This document shows, piece after piece, positions 25,594 through 35,084 of a DNA stretch of 62,434 nucleotides. The notes under the pieces were generated by a model. The model was not told the origin of the DNA and made no database searches. It worked only from the letters and a program-made list of their open reading frames with translations. A program made the translations under genes and the position numbers. Source of the DNA: a virus (taxonomy: Duplodnaviria; Caudoviricetes); IMG/VR virus record IMGVR_UViG_3300042429_000522, positions 1 to 62,434 of that record; one strand, given 5' to 3'. How positions within the stretch are numbered: the stretch's first letter is position 1; each line of letters starts with the position of its first letter.

Positions 25594-27608
25594 TAGATGT
25601 CCCTCACATAGATGCGGAGTGGGCCGAAAACTTGCGTGTCGTTTGCCGTTGTTGACCTTGTGATCGTAGCGGTGTAAGTCCCTGGCGTGTTCGTTACGGT
25701 GGTGTCAATCGTAAAGGTTGCCCTGCCATCAGCTGCATACGTTGCTGTACAGGAGTAAGTGTCTACCAAGGTTGCACCAGAGTTGTAGACCTTAGCCGTA
25801 ACCGTTGCTGAGGTAATGTCTATCCCTGCGCCGTTGTTGTCTACACACTGGATGTCTACTCCGTGCTGTGCGCCCTTCTGAATGTCTAGCGGATCAGATG
25901 CCCCAAGGCCGTCAGCCCTTACTTCAAAAGGCCCCATGCGAACCAGAGCGGCAGAGGTTACCGGGGTAACCAACTCAGCATTCACATACTGCCCAAAGGT
26001 ACCGGCAGTGACATGATTGGTTCTAAGCTCATCCCAAACATTACCCGCAACATCACCGACCTCTTGATCAATGCTGTTAGTAAGTTGGTTAGTTTCGTTG
26101 AGTACTCCACCGAATGTCGTAGCCGTTGCATAGCCAGCAGGACTCTCACCCCACACCGCTGCGGCTGTCTGCGCTGCCGTCAATCCACCACTTGAAAGTG
26201 TAACGGTCAAGACTGCTCCATTCGTGCCGCTTGCACCACGCACCACGATCGTGACATCAGATGCGCCAGCGGCGAAAGCGGCGTTAGGAACATCTAAACG
26301 ATACACGCCCGGCACTAGGGAGGACGATATTTCTGCAAAGCCACCAGATGACCACGCGCCTGTGGGTGTCTGCGTGACCAGCGTGATAGCCACCGGAGCG
26401 GCTTGGTTGCGGACGTAGTATGCCGCTAGACCGGATGTTGCAAAGGTTAGCCCTGTAGCACCGAGGTAGAGTTCGATGCTTTGTGATGTTGAACCGGGAG
26501 CGATGGTGATGGTTGATGCATTGCGCTCGGTTGGAGCATAGTAGCCTACCCCACCAATGTTGCGGAATGTGGCAGAACCTGCATCAGGACTTGTACCAGA
26601 CCAAGCAATACCATACAGGTCGGTTGCTGGCGCACCTGTTGCACTTCCAAAGTTCGTATTAGGGCTGCCATTATATGAACCAAAAAACTGCACAGGGTTC
26701 ATGCCGGTTAATAGTGTATATCCGGTTTCAAATCCCGGTAAACCAACTGCGGTACTTGATACCGATGATGGAACATTTGTAAAAGTAGTACCACAGGCAA
26801 TGTACCGGCAGTTTGTCTGTGTCCCACTTGATGAGTTTGTAAAGGACGCACCTGTTACACAACCATAAAAAAGATTGTTTTGTATGGTTAATTGCTGTGT
26901 ACCAGATTGACCAATACCCTGAAGATTTTGATTTATAAAATGGCAGTTAGTAACAGACAATGTCAAGTTGGTAGGAAGAACTCCAACGCTAAGCCCGATA
27001 AATAAACAGTCAGTAACCGAAGATGTATCTGTAACAACATTTTGACCTGTTGAAACGAAATGAGACCCAAGCGCTACTGTTGTCCCTATAAAAATACAAC
27101 TTTTTACTGTAAAGTCAAGTGCGGTAGATGTCGCAGCCGTCATGTTCATCAGCCAAACAGTATTTTGTGCACTTAGTTGGAATACACATTTATCAAATGT
27201 GTTGTATCGACCAGTCAAAAGATTGATACCCGGAACTGCCGTTGTGCAGTTTAGTACAAACTCCAAGTTATTGAAATACAGATAACTTTTACTTGTCCCT
27301 GATATGGTGGTGCCTGCGTAAATACTTGCACCTGATACGGTTGTGAACGCACCAATCTGAACACGTCCAGCATTTACACCGGGGAACTGCGCCGCTGTAG
27401 GGTCACCTGTGATATAGGTGGTTGCGCTGTATGTGCCTCCGATTGTCACCTGCTCACCGTATAAACCGGGAGCGATGTAAACCGTATCACCTGAGCCTAT
27501 ACCAGTGGCTCCCAGTGCTTTTTGTATGGTCTGCCACGCTAGACCGACCGTAGAGCCTAAACCAGTATTACTGTTGTTACCGTCTGGTCTAACATAGTAA
27601 GTTGCCAT
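25593..27608 (-). CDS. Virion appendage with N-terminal beta-helix (pectin-lyase-like) and conserved C-terminal domains
   Basis: YYVRPDGNNSNTG...WQTIQKA...GDTVYIAPGLY beta-helix start; CxF repeats. Confidence 0.7.
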   Translation of the reverse strand: MATYYVRPDGNNSNTGLGSTVGLAWQTIQKALGATGIGSGDTVYIAPGLYGEQVTIGGTYSATTYITGDPTAAQFPGVNAGRVQIGAFTTVSGASIYAGTTISGTSKSYLYFNNLEFVLNCTTAVPGINLLTGRYNTFDKCVFQLSAQNTVWLMNMTAATSTALDFTVKSCIFIGTTVALGSHFVSTGQNVVTDTSSVTDCLFIGLSVGVLPTNLTLSVTNCHFINQNLQGIGQSGTQQLTIQNNLFYGCVTGASFTNSSSGTQTNCRYIACGTTFTNVPSSVSSTAVGLPGFETGYTLLTGMNPVQFFGSYNGSPNTNFGSATGAPATDLYGIAWSGTSPDAGSATFRNIGGVGYYAPTERNASTITIAPGSTSQSIELYLGATGLTFATSGLAAYYVRNQAAPVAITLVTQTPTGAWSSGGFAEISSSLVPGVYRLDVPNAAFAAGASDVTIVVRGASGTNGAVLTVTLSSGGLTAAQTAAAVWGESPAGYATATTFGGVLNETNQLTNSIDQEVGDVAGNVWDELRTNHVTAGTFGQYVNAELVTPVTSAALVRMGPFEVRADGLGASDPLDIQKGAQHGVDIQCVDNNGAGIDITSATVTAKVYNSGATLVDTYSCTATYAADGRATFTIDTTVTNTPGTYTATITRSTTANDTQVFGPLRIYVRDI

Positions 27609-27835
27609 TATTCAGCGGTTCCATTTACGATTTCTTGAGCCATAACAACTGCGAACTGATTGGAATAGTTCAACTGAAACTGAGCATCCTGAGTAACCCA
27701 CCAACCGAAAACGCTCGTACCATTCTCACCAAACGTGCCGAGTAGGTTGCCATCATTATCATAGATATCACCAAAGACAATCCAGTCACCGGGGCTCAAT
27801 GGATTAGGCTCCAGCCGATAGTTTTGCAGGTTCAT
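27608..27835 (-). CDS. Hypothetical virion-associated protein
   Basis: Homolog at 60791-61018. Confidence 0.7.
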   Translation of the reverse strand: MNLQNYRLEPNPLSPGDWIVFGDIYDNDGNLLGTFGENGTSVFGWWVTQDAQFQLNYSNQFAVVMAQEIVNGTAE

Positions 27836-28083
27836 TTGCCCACCTTCAGGCTGTTCGCTTGCACACCCTTGAAAGGCATCGTGAGGAACGCCAGCACACT
27901 GCTCACCGCAGCGGAGACACCCGCCGCTACCGCCTTCGAGCCGTAGAGTGCTAGCACTGCGCCCAGTTCAGAAATATCTTTGGCTTCAGCGGTGCGTACG
28001 CCATCGCCGAAGACGCTGGTGAATGCAGCTACGAAAGCCACGATCACAACGACCACCAACCTTTTGATGCTGATACTGTTCAT
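27832..28083 (-). CDS. Holin-like membrane protein
   Basis: Two hydrophobic segments, basic C-terminus. Confidence 0.6.
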   Translation of the reverse strand: MNSISIKRLVVVVIVAFVAAFTSVFGDGVRTAEAKDISELGAVLALYGSKAVAAGVSAAVSSVLAFLTMPFKGVQANSLKVGK

Positions 28084-28307
28084 CTTTGTATGATCGCCTC
28101 CAGCGCGGAAACCTTGTTCTCGAGTTTACCGAGTCTTTGTTCTATGCGGCGCACTTCCTGCTGCTGCCCGTCTAAGGTGTTGATGATGTGCGCCACCTGA
28201 GTCTCCAGGCGCGTCAACCTGACTTGTAGTGCGACCCAAGCGGCACCGATTGACATAGTCGTAATAAAGGCTTGTATGCCAATCTGAACCCACATCTCTG
28301 CCGTCAT
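28080..28307 (-). CDS. TM plus coiled-coil protein (lysis-associated)
   Basis: N-terminal TM helix followed by heptads. Confidence 0.55.
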   Translation of the reverse strand: MTAEMWVQIGIQAFITTMSIGAAWVALQVRLTRLETQVAHIINTLDGQQQEVRRIEQRLGKLENKVSALEAIIQR

Positions 28308-28669
28308 GATGTCCGCTCCACTAATCCTACGTGCTGTACTAAAAGTTCGGTCTGTCCAAAGTCTGACCCGATCACATCGTAATACTTTGAGTCATCACCA
28401 ACCCGGTAGACCCTGTCCTGCGGCATCACGTCAGCACCGACAGCAATTATCAGCGTCCACTGTGCAGATGACTGGATGCCACCGCCTACGATAGATTCTG
28501 TGTCGCTCTGGTTGGTTAGCCTAGCGTTGTACTCGGCAACCTTACGCCACGTTTCTGTAGCACCGCCCCTGCCGTCTTCGGTAAGCGTGAAGCGGTGTAT
28601 TTCTACTCGGTCTTGGCACAGGTTGCGTACCATGCCAGCTTGAAGCGTTGCGCGTAGAATCGGACTCAT
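28304..28669 (-). CDS. Head closure / head-tail joining protein
   Basis: EDGRGG..ETW motif after the adaptor gene. Confidence 0.8.
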   Translation of the reverse strand: MSPILRATLQAGMVRNLCQDRVEIHRFTLTEDGRGGATETWRKVAEYNARLTNQSDTESIVGGGIQSSAQWTLIIAVGADVMPQDRVYRVGDDSKYYDVIGSDFGQTELLVQHVGLVERTS

Positions 28670-29163
28670 GCGAACACCAAGGGACGATATCGTTCAGCCA
28701 TCGAAAGGCAGTGCGCTTTGAGTTGGGAAAGCTTCACATCGCTGGTGCCTTCTTTAGCATCGATGTCTGAAGCACACCGTGATGCTTTTATAAGCCAGCC
28801 CTGCCGGGTGGCTGTCCTGACATCGTAGCGCTCGATGTTAGCAGGCCCCATGTCTACCCATGTAAGCCGTGGATTAGATGCGCCATCCTCAATACTGAAG
28901 CCTTGAAACTGGTAAGCAGGGTACACGGGGTAATCGGGTTGTGTCGTGCCTGATGTTCCAGCAACACGGCACTCGTAAACCCTGCCGTTAGGCGTTGTAG
29001 GCACTACACGGTCACCGACAGAGTAAGCCGTGCTTACAGCCCAAGTGGTGAACCGGGAGAAGGAATCAAGGATGCTCCCTATGTCGGTGGTGGACATCTG
29101 CGGATAGGACTGGGCATCCACAAAAAGGGAAACCTGCGCTATCGCTTCGGCTCGTGTCATCAT
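28666..29163 (-). CDS. Head-tail adaptor with inserted carbohydrate-binding-like module
   Basis: First gene after capsid; WxxxTxYxVGDxV...GRVYECxVAGTSG insert. Confidence 0.7.
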   Translation of the reverse strand: MMTRAEAIAQVSLFVDAQSYPQMSTTDIGSILDSFSRFTTWAVSTAYSVGDRVVPTTPNGRVYECRVAGTSGTTQPDYPVYPAYQFQGFSIEDGASNPRLTWVDMGPANIERYDVRTATRQGWLIKASRCASDIDAKEGTSDVKLSQLKAHCLSMAERYRPLVFA

Positions 29164-29169
29164 GGTTTC

Positions 29170-29180
29170 AGTATCCCACA
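29170..29180 (-). promoter_or_regulatory. Late promoter motif TGTGGGATACT, 6 nt before the adaptor ATG
   Basis: Recurrent motif after the capsid terminator. Confidence 0.7.
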
Positions 29181-29186
29181 CAAAGG

Positions 29187-29216
29187 AAAAGCCCCCGGCA
29201 CGTCTGCCGAGGGCTT
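29187..29216 (-). terminator. Terminator after the capsid gene
   Basis: GC-rich stem plus T-tract; same sequence at 62354-62383. Confidence 0.75.
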
Positions 29217-29233
29217 GAGTAGAACCGAGCCGC

Positions 29234-30532
29234 TTAGGAAGCGGTTGTGGTTGCGAGAACGATAAGCGAACCAGGCACCTTAGATGCAGCGGAAGCGTTG
29301 ACGTTTCCAACATCGTGAGCGTTGAAAGCAAACCGCTCTGTAGCCTTGTAGGTAAGAGCGTCTTCGACAAACTTCACCTGATCGGAAACCTCAACCGTCA
29401 TTGCGCGACGGTCACCGAATGCTACACCCTTAGTAAGGTCACCAAGGATTGCAACAGGGATTGTTGCAGCTGGTGCCTTTGGCATATTCTGTACCCACTC
29501 GATCGGATAGCCGAACAGCGTAGGTGCTTGGGTGTATGCGTTCTGAATGTCGAGGATTGCGTTACCGCCAAGAGCGATAAGTTTGTCCGCAACACCGTTA
29601 AAGAACAGGTCTTTATGCATATACCACTTGGCATTGTCCGCATACGTTGGCAACTTTGCAACCATGGCTTGGAAGTTAGCCAGTGTGAAGTTGCTGAATG
29701 CAGCACCGGAAAGTGCAGCACCAAGAACAACACCAGCGATGTTAGCCTTGGTCGCGTTCAAGCCGTAGACAGCATTGAGGATACCAGTGATGCTTCCATA
29801 AGTGGATGTACCGTCACCGTTGAAACAAGCGTTATCTTCTTCCTTAGCGATTGCATATGCCATGTCACGGGCAAGGGCTGCGCCAAGGTCGATGACCGTA
29901 TCTTCGCCAAGTTCCTTGGATGCAATCGTAAGAACAGCAAGCTTCTTTGCGCTCAGGGAAACCTGCGCGAAAGTCAGCTGCGAATCGGTAATTGCTGTCG
30001 CTTCGGATGCGTAGTAGACCGTTGTGCTACCGGTTGCACTTGGAACCAAAAGGGTATCCGATGACATAGGGTAGATGCGGCTGTTGCGGCGAGCAACGCC
30101 GTACATTTCACGGAGGTAGATAAGGTCGCTGGACACGATGTTAGGAACCGTAAAACCACCGGCAGTGTCTGTGCCTTCGTTCTGTGCCTTCATGTGTCCG
30201 TTGGACTGGAGCCACTTTGTAGCGGACTTGACACCGGCAAGGTGGCGAGCGAACTGCCCAAAGGTGTAAGCCTTCAGGTTCTTCTCATCAGCGGATCCGT
30301 TGAACGGGTTACGCTGAACGTTGATGCCGCCCTTCCAAGGCTGAGGGTCAACCGCAGGTGTTACGACAGGAGCGGAAGCGCCGAGGCTCTTGATTGTCTC
30401 TACACGCTCTTCAATGTTCTTTGCTTCGGCCATGATGGACTTAACCTGTGCGAGGTCACCATCGCCGGAAGCCAGCTCACGGGCTGTAGCCAGAAGCGTT
30501 TCACGCTTGGCTGTCAGTTGTTCGATATTCAT
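29234..30532 (-). CDS. HK97-family major capsid protein
   Basis: N-terminal coiled-coil delta domain, GGFTVP, FNGDG, LFGYP, ILGD. Confidence 0.92.
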   Translation of the reverse strand: MNIEQLTAKRETLLATARELASGDGDLAQVKSIMAEAKNIEERVETIKSLGASAPVVTPAVDPQPWKGGINVQRNPFNGSADEKNLKAYTFGQFARHLAGVKSATKWLQSNGHMKAQNEGTDTAGGFTVPNIVSSDLIYLREMYGVARRNSRIYPMSSDTLLVPSATGSTTVYYASEATAITDSQLTFAQVSLSAKKLAVLTIASKELGEDTVIDLGAALARDMAYAIAKEEDNACFNGDGTSTYGSITGILNAVYGLNATKANIAGVVLGAALSGAAFSNFTLANFQAMVAKLPTYADNAKWYMHKDLFFNGVADKLIALGGNAILDIQNAYTQAPTLFGYPIEWVQNMPKAPAATIPVAILGDLTKGVAFGDRRAMTVEVSDQVKFVEDALTYKATERFAFNAHDVGNVNASAASKVPGSLIVLATTTAS

Positions 30533-31479
30533 AGTTGTGTTAGCAACTCCAGACGTGCCAGCAGTTCCTGGCGCTCGTCATTGTCGTGGGCTTTCGCCTC
30601 TACTACGAGTTCCGGTTGCACTTCTGGCTGGTCTGCGTCCCGCAGTGAATCCCAGACTACAGGTGCTAAGCGCTTGGCGCTCGCCCGGCTAAGACCGACT
30701 GCATCCCGCAGTCGACGTTCTACACCCCGCAGGGATGCGGGTTGTACGCTCTTCATGCCGTGCATGGCGTATAGCCCCTTAGCACGTCGAGCAAATTCAT
30801 CAATGATGGCATCCGCCATGCTCTGATCGGATACGACTTCAATGGCTCCACAAAGCGCATCGTAGTAGGCTTCCAATCCTTCGTGGATAAGGTCACCTTC
30901 GGACTCATCGTATACCGACATAGCGTACTCTTCCGGGGACTGTTCAGGCATTGGAGCCATGACCATCTCTTCTTCTTCCATCATAGGCTCCATGCCGTAG
31001 TACTCCTTGAGGGTTTTGACGCTGTTACGATATTCGGCTGGTGTCGGGGTAATCGATGCCTCGGCGATAGGCCAGCGTGTGATTTCAGCGGCACCGCCCA
31101 TGCTCTTGCGCTCTACCAGATGACCGGCAGCACCGGAGGAAAAGCCCATCTTGCCTTGCTTGCAGAGCTTCGCGATCATCGAGCCGTACTCATCCGCCAT
31201 GTCAAGTTGAGCCTCATACCAAAGCCCGGTATCGTCCATCTTGATGTAGCCTGTACCGATGCTCTTCTTGCCAACCTGTGCATCCATACCGTGGTGATAG
31301 TAGACGTTCAGCGGTACGCGCTTGCCTTCAGACATCGGGAATCCGTAGTCGGTTGACTTAGTGAAATAATCACCCTCAAGGTCAGCACTCTGGGTATCGC
31401 CAAAGCGCACCAGATAACCCTTCACGTAACCAAGCCGGTCGCTCTTGATGCAGTCTGCGGTAGATGTCAGCACGTCCAT
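30529..31479 (-). CDS. HK97-type prohead protease (spans A/B junction)
   Basis: DLEGDYF, YYHHG, GFSSG, EASITPTPAE. Confidence 0.88.
   Translation of the reverse strand: MDVLTSTADCIKSDRLGYVKGYLVRFGDTQSADLEGDYFTKSTDYGFPMSEGKRVPLNVYYHHGMDAQVGKKSIGTGYIKMDDTGLWYEAQLDMADEYGSMIAKLCKQGKMGFSSGAAGHLVERKSMGGAAEITRWPIAEASITPTPAEYRNSVKTLKEYYGMEPMMEEEEMVMAPMPEQSPEEYAMSVYDESEGDLIHEGLEAYYDALCGAIEVVSDQSMADAIIDEFARRAKGLYAMHGMKSVQPASLRGVERRLRDAVGLSRASAKRLAPVVWDSLRDADQPEVQPELVVEAKAHDNDERQELLARLELLTQL
31175..31464 (+). repeat. Exact 290-bp direct repeat, copy 2 (A/B junction)
   Basis: Identical to 1-290. Confidence 0.95.
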
Positions 31480-31485
31480 GGTGTA

Positions 31486-31496
31486 AGTATCCCACA
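31486..31496 (-). promoter_or_regulatory. Late promoter motif TGTGGGATACT, 6 nt before the protease ATG
   Basis: Recurrent motif. Confidence 0.7.
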
Positions 31497-31505
31497 CGGT
31501 ATCTT

Positions 31506-32651
31506 TTATTCGAATGTCGTTAGATCTGGTTCGTAACCCTCTAGGTCTCTAAGCGGTAGCACCCGTGTAGTAGGACCCCAGTCGGCATTCTGAACCACGG
31601 TTGCCATGTCACTGAGAGGCAACCCTTCTGCGTAAAGGGCGTACCGTGATTTGCCTAGGATTTGTTGAGCCTCCATAGCGGTTAGCCCACGCAAGATATC
31701 TTCACCGGTAACCGGCTTAGGTCGTGTATCAGGGATGCTACTATCCCCGGTTATCTCTGCCCAGCTCAAGGTTACCGGAATCATCACGCACCGACAGTTC
31801 GGATGGCTTGGCATAATCTCATCGGTGGTTGATAGCGTACCAGACAAAGCCAAACACGCAAGGCAAACCCTGCTGTCCTGCGTTGCTTGGCGTCGGTACC
31901 CTGTCACCGCTGGGTTCTGCGTGTAAAGTTGCCGTTGTGCTTCACGGGCACTTCGGATCATCTCAGTACGTGCTATCGTCTCTGCTCGGTAGCGTCCAAT
32001 GTCTGCAGCTTTGCGTACCCGACGTGCTACGGTTCGTGGACCTTCACCAAGGGAAATACCCTGTACAAGTGCCATCTGCATGGCATCCGTGGTTACCTGC
32101 GGTATGGTCGCAAATAACTCACCCAAAGGGCTTCCATCACCCGCCATGCCGACAAAGGCTTGGAGCTGTTCGTCTGGTAGGTTTGTCCATGAACTTCCGA
32201 GGCTAACACCCGCCGGTTTACGACCTGCCGCCGCTTCAACCATGCCGACGCTCGCCTCATTCGCAAGGACTGCTGATTCAAGTTGTCCATCAGCCGTTAT
32301 CGTAGCCCCCTCGATGCTAAACTTTTTGAGATTCCTACCTAACTCTTCAATGTTATCGATGATGCGTTGACGCATCCAGAGTATGGTGTCGGACGGGTGT
32401 TCACCGTTATCTAGCCGTTCTTGGATACGACCCTCTAGTGCTTCCAGTTCATCGATGCTTGCCTTTGTGGCTGCCCTGTATGCCCGTTGCATCCGGCTGA
32501 TGGCTACACCTTCACGTTCCAAAAGTTCATTACGAAACTTTTGACTGGCTGCATAGAGTCGAGCACTGTCGTTGTTTACTCTTTTGAGATGCTTTCCATC
32601 TCGTACCCGTAAAAAGGGTGAGACTTGTACACTACCCCCGGAGTGCAGCAA
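31506..32651 (-). CDS. MuF / gp7-like head morphogenesis protein (B)
   Basis: Close homolog of 332-1474; no conserved start codon. Confidence 0.85.
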   Translation of the reverse strand: MLHSGGSVQVSPFLRVRDGKHLKRVNNDSARLYAASQKFRNELLEREGVAISRMQRAYRAATKASIDELEALEGRIQERLDNGEHPSDTILWMRQRIIDNIEELGRNLKKFSIEGATITADGQLESAVLANEASVGMVEAAAGRKPAGVSLGSSWTNLPDEQLQAFVGMAGDGSPLGELFATIPQVTTDAMQMALVQGISLGEGPRTVARRVRKAADIGRYRAETIARTEMIRSAREAQRQLYTQNPAVTGYRRQATQDSRVCLACLALSGTLSTTDEIMPSHPNCRCVMIPVTLSWAEITGDSSIPDTRPKPVTGEDILRGLTAMEAQQILGKSRYALYAEGLPLSDMATVVQNADWGPTTRVLPLRDLEGYEPDLTTFE

Positions 32652-34420
32652 TCAACGCTCTTGCCGTCAGGTTGCATAGCGTTACGTTTGGATGTTGACC
32701 ACCGGAAACCTGCATCGCCGCCCCATAAGTCCCAAGCAACACGCCCCGGACTAGGGAAACCGTCTTCGCCACTGTTGAAGCCTTCAGCCTTCTTGTCTAC
32801 CTCATGTCGGCTAAAGAAACTGTACATCCTAAGTATCGTGTCATCGGATAGATTCTCACGGTTGACAATCTGGTTAGCCCTTGCCAAACCTATTCGCGTG
32901 CCACCGCTGAACCCTTCAGCCTTCCAATCAAGCGCACGCTGTGCAGCTGAAACCATGCCGTCGTTTGGTACAGCCTTGACATCGTAGCTCTTGGCTTCAT
33001 CACGCAAGGTAACCGGTGCGGCTCCTGTGTGCTGTACTGGGAGGTTGAGGAAGTTAGTAACACTGCCCGGATCGTAACCGGAACGAATCAAGATACCTGC
33101 CGCGTTGGTTGTCTCTGCTAGGGATGCACCGGTGCCAGCCTGAACACTGATTGCGGATGGATGCAATACCCCGGTATCTTCCGGCACTGCTTCAAGACCG
33201 GCTATGCGCTTGGCTTCAGCACGATCAATAATGCCAGCCTTGTACAACCGCTCTGCACGTTCCGCTTCAGCAGCAAGGTCATCAGCCAATGCACGTACGG
33301 TTTCAAGGTCGTACTGTATGAAGTCACCCTCTTGTGTTTCTGGGTACTCCGGCAGGAGGTCAGCAGTGATTGCATCGGCAAGGGTGCGGAGCAGAGGAAC
33401 CATGCCATCTTCCCACGCCGCTTGTTGAGCGCGCTCGTAATTACTGTAGGTAGACCTTTCAAGACCTGAGCCAAGACCTAGCACCATCGGGTTGATACCA
33501 AGGGCTGAACAGATACGCTCCTCTGGTACACGCCTAACCGAATCCAAAGCAAGCTCGGACGGTGTAAGGCTAACACGATCAAGTTTATACGCACCGGTCA
33601 TCACCACGATGCCACCTGAACCGTCCCCGGTAAGGTCTTCATGTAGTTGGCGCTTGACCTGCCGGGCATCATCGATGCTAATGTCTACGGTCTGGTCTTT
33701 GGCATCAGGACCAACGATAAGCGATGGCATAGCGCCGTTAGCAAGCAAACCATAAGCAGTTGTACTGGCTGTATTGTCGGTAGCAATCTCACGCAGTACA
33801 GCCATAACAGGAGACCTACCCAAGCGGATATCTTGCGGGTCCCGGTTGTACCTTATGTGGATGATGTCAGAAACGGGGATGTCAAAGGAGCGACCATCAG
33901 TGGTGTAAACGTAATGGGTTAGCGGGTTTACACCGTTACCGACAGGTCTAACCATGTCCTGCGGAAGGAACTGTAAAGCAGTCACCACGCCACGGGTTGT
34001 AGATCTAATCTTGCGTAGGTAGGTGTTGCCAAACAATTTATAATCTTGTATGACCCAGCCCCAAAATAAGCTGCCCATAATCATTGGATCAGGTTGAGCC
34101 ATGAGCTGTAGCACCGGGTGGTCTTCTACCGGCTCTGCCTGTTGGCTGTCTACCGGTCGGTAGTACTTTGGTGTGGCTTGGGGATAGTTCCGGACATACC
34201 AATCAATGGCAGATGCCACGATGCCGTTCAAGCCAAGGTCACCGGCTATGCGGGACCAGTCTTTGGTTGATCCGGGCAATGCACGGCGCAGCAAGTTCTG
34301 CAGCTGACCTGAGCCGTACCCAGTAAGGTAAATGTCCCGTGACTGGCTGAGTGGCAACGGCAATGCTTGTGTCGGGTTGGCTACGGCTTTACGTCCTAGG
34401 AAGCGGTCAAATATACCCAT
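32576..34420 (-). CDS. Portal protein (B)
   Basis: Close homolog of 1402-3255. Confidence 0.9.
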   Translation of the reverse strand: MGIFDRFLGRKAVANPTQALPLPLSQSRDIYLTGYGSGQLQNLLRRALPGSTKDWSRIAGDLGLNGIVASAIDWYVRNYPQATPKYYRPVDSQQAEPVEDHPVLQLMAQPDPMIMGSLFWGWVIQDYKLFGNTYLRKIRSTTRGVVTALQFLPQDMVRPVGNGVNPLTHYVYTTDGRSFDIPVSDIIHIRYNRDPQDIRLGRSPVMAVLREIATDNTASTTAYGLLANGAMPSLIVGPDAKDQTVDISIDDARQVKRQLHEDLTGDGSGGIVVMTGAYKLDRVSLTPSELALDSVRRVPEERICSALGINPMVLGLGSGLERSTYSNYERAQQAAWEDGMVPLLRTLADAITADLLPEYPETQEGDFIQYDLETVRALADDLAAEAERAERLYKAGIIDRAEAKRIAGLEAVPEDTGVLHPSAISVQAGTGASLAETTNAAGILIRSGYDPGSVTNFLNLPVQHTGAAPVTLRDEAKSYDVKAVPNDGMVSAAQRALDWKAEGFSGGTRIGLARANQIVNRENLSDDTILRMYSFFSRHEVDKKAEGFNSGEDGFPSPGRVAWDLWGGDAGFRWSTSKRNAMQPDGKSVDCCTPGVVYKSHPFYGYEMESISKE

Positions 34421-34425
34421 GCCCT

Positions 34426-34436
34426 AGTATCCCACA
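34426..34436 (-). promoter_or_regulatory. Late promoter motif TGTGGGATACT, 5 nt before the portal ATG
   Basis: Recurrent motif. Confidence 0.7.
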
Positions 34437-34441
34437 GAAAC

Positions 34442-34462
34442 AAAAAGCCCCCTTACGGGGGC
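34442..34462 (-). terminator. Rho-independent terminator
   Basis: GCCCCC-GTAA-GGGGGC plus T-tract. Confidence 0.8.
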
Positions 34463-34480
34463 GTGTGGTGGTTTGTAGGT

Positions 34481-34765
34481 TTAGATGGTTGATATCGCTA
34501 TGCGTGCCATCTTAGCAAACTCGGTTTCAAGGTCTGTAACAACTTCACCGGTAGTTACATCCACATACAACTTTGCGTTGATGATGCGTCCAGCCTTGCT
34601 GTTGCTGATTCTCTCACCGTTCAATGTAACGTTGCGTAGTGATCCGGATTTGTAACATTCAACCTCAAGACCCAGAATGTTTTGTGGTTTGAAGTAAACC
34701 CGGTGGTTAACACCACCCGTCCACTCCTTGCCTCCTGCCTGTACCAACCGTGTAATAAGTTCCAT
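34481..34765 (-). CDS. Moron-like hypothetical protein (B)
   Basis: SD GGGAGATA. Confidence 0.7.
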   Translation of the reverse strand: MELITRLVQAGGKEWTGGVNHRVYFKPQNILGLEVECYKSGSLRNVTLNGERISNSKAGRIINAKLYVDVTTGEVVTDLETEFAKMARIAISTI

Positions 34766-34767
34766 TG

Positions 34768-35016
34768 TTATATCTCCCTGTTGTTGATTCTATTTACGGT
34801 AGTTGAGATGTATTCCCAATCTACTTGATAAGGGTAATGTAGCGATTCTGATAGAAAGTCGTAAACACCGGGTTCATTATCTATCAAGTCCGCGATAATC
34901 TCAAAGCACACTATTTCTGCTATGCCTGCACTCATTGGATCACCATAATTGTCGTACGTTACAAGTGTGTCCGTACAATGTTCAAGCATGTTTTGAGTTT
35001 CGTTGTTTGTCTTCAT
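34768..35016 (-). CDS. Acidic moron-like hypothetical protein (B)
   Basis: Follows TTGTCG-N17-TATATT promoter. Confidence 0.65.
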   Translation of the reverse strand: MKTNNETQNMLEHCTDTLVTYDNYGDPMSAGIAEIVCFEIIADLIDNEPGVYDFLSESLHYPYQVDWEYISTTVNRINNREI

Positions 35017-35084
35017 AGCAATCCCCTTGGACTACTAATATACACTTTAGGTATATATACGACAAGACGACAAGTATATATATT

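Larger units (their letters stand above)
1..31174. mobile_element. Phage A, complete circularly permuted siphovirus-like genome (31,174 bp)
   Basis: Full set of packaging, head, tail, lysis and replication genes; nt 1-290 recur exactly at 31175-31464, closing the circle. Confidence 0.9.

Noticed and set aside
16484-27608. Diversity-generating retroelement acting on tail proteins
   Set aside because: No reverse transcriptase and no TR/VR repeat pair seen
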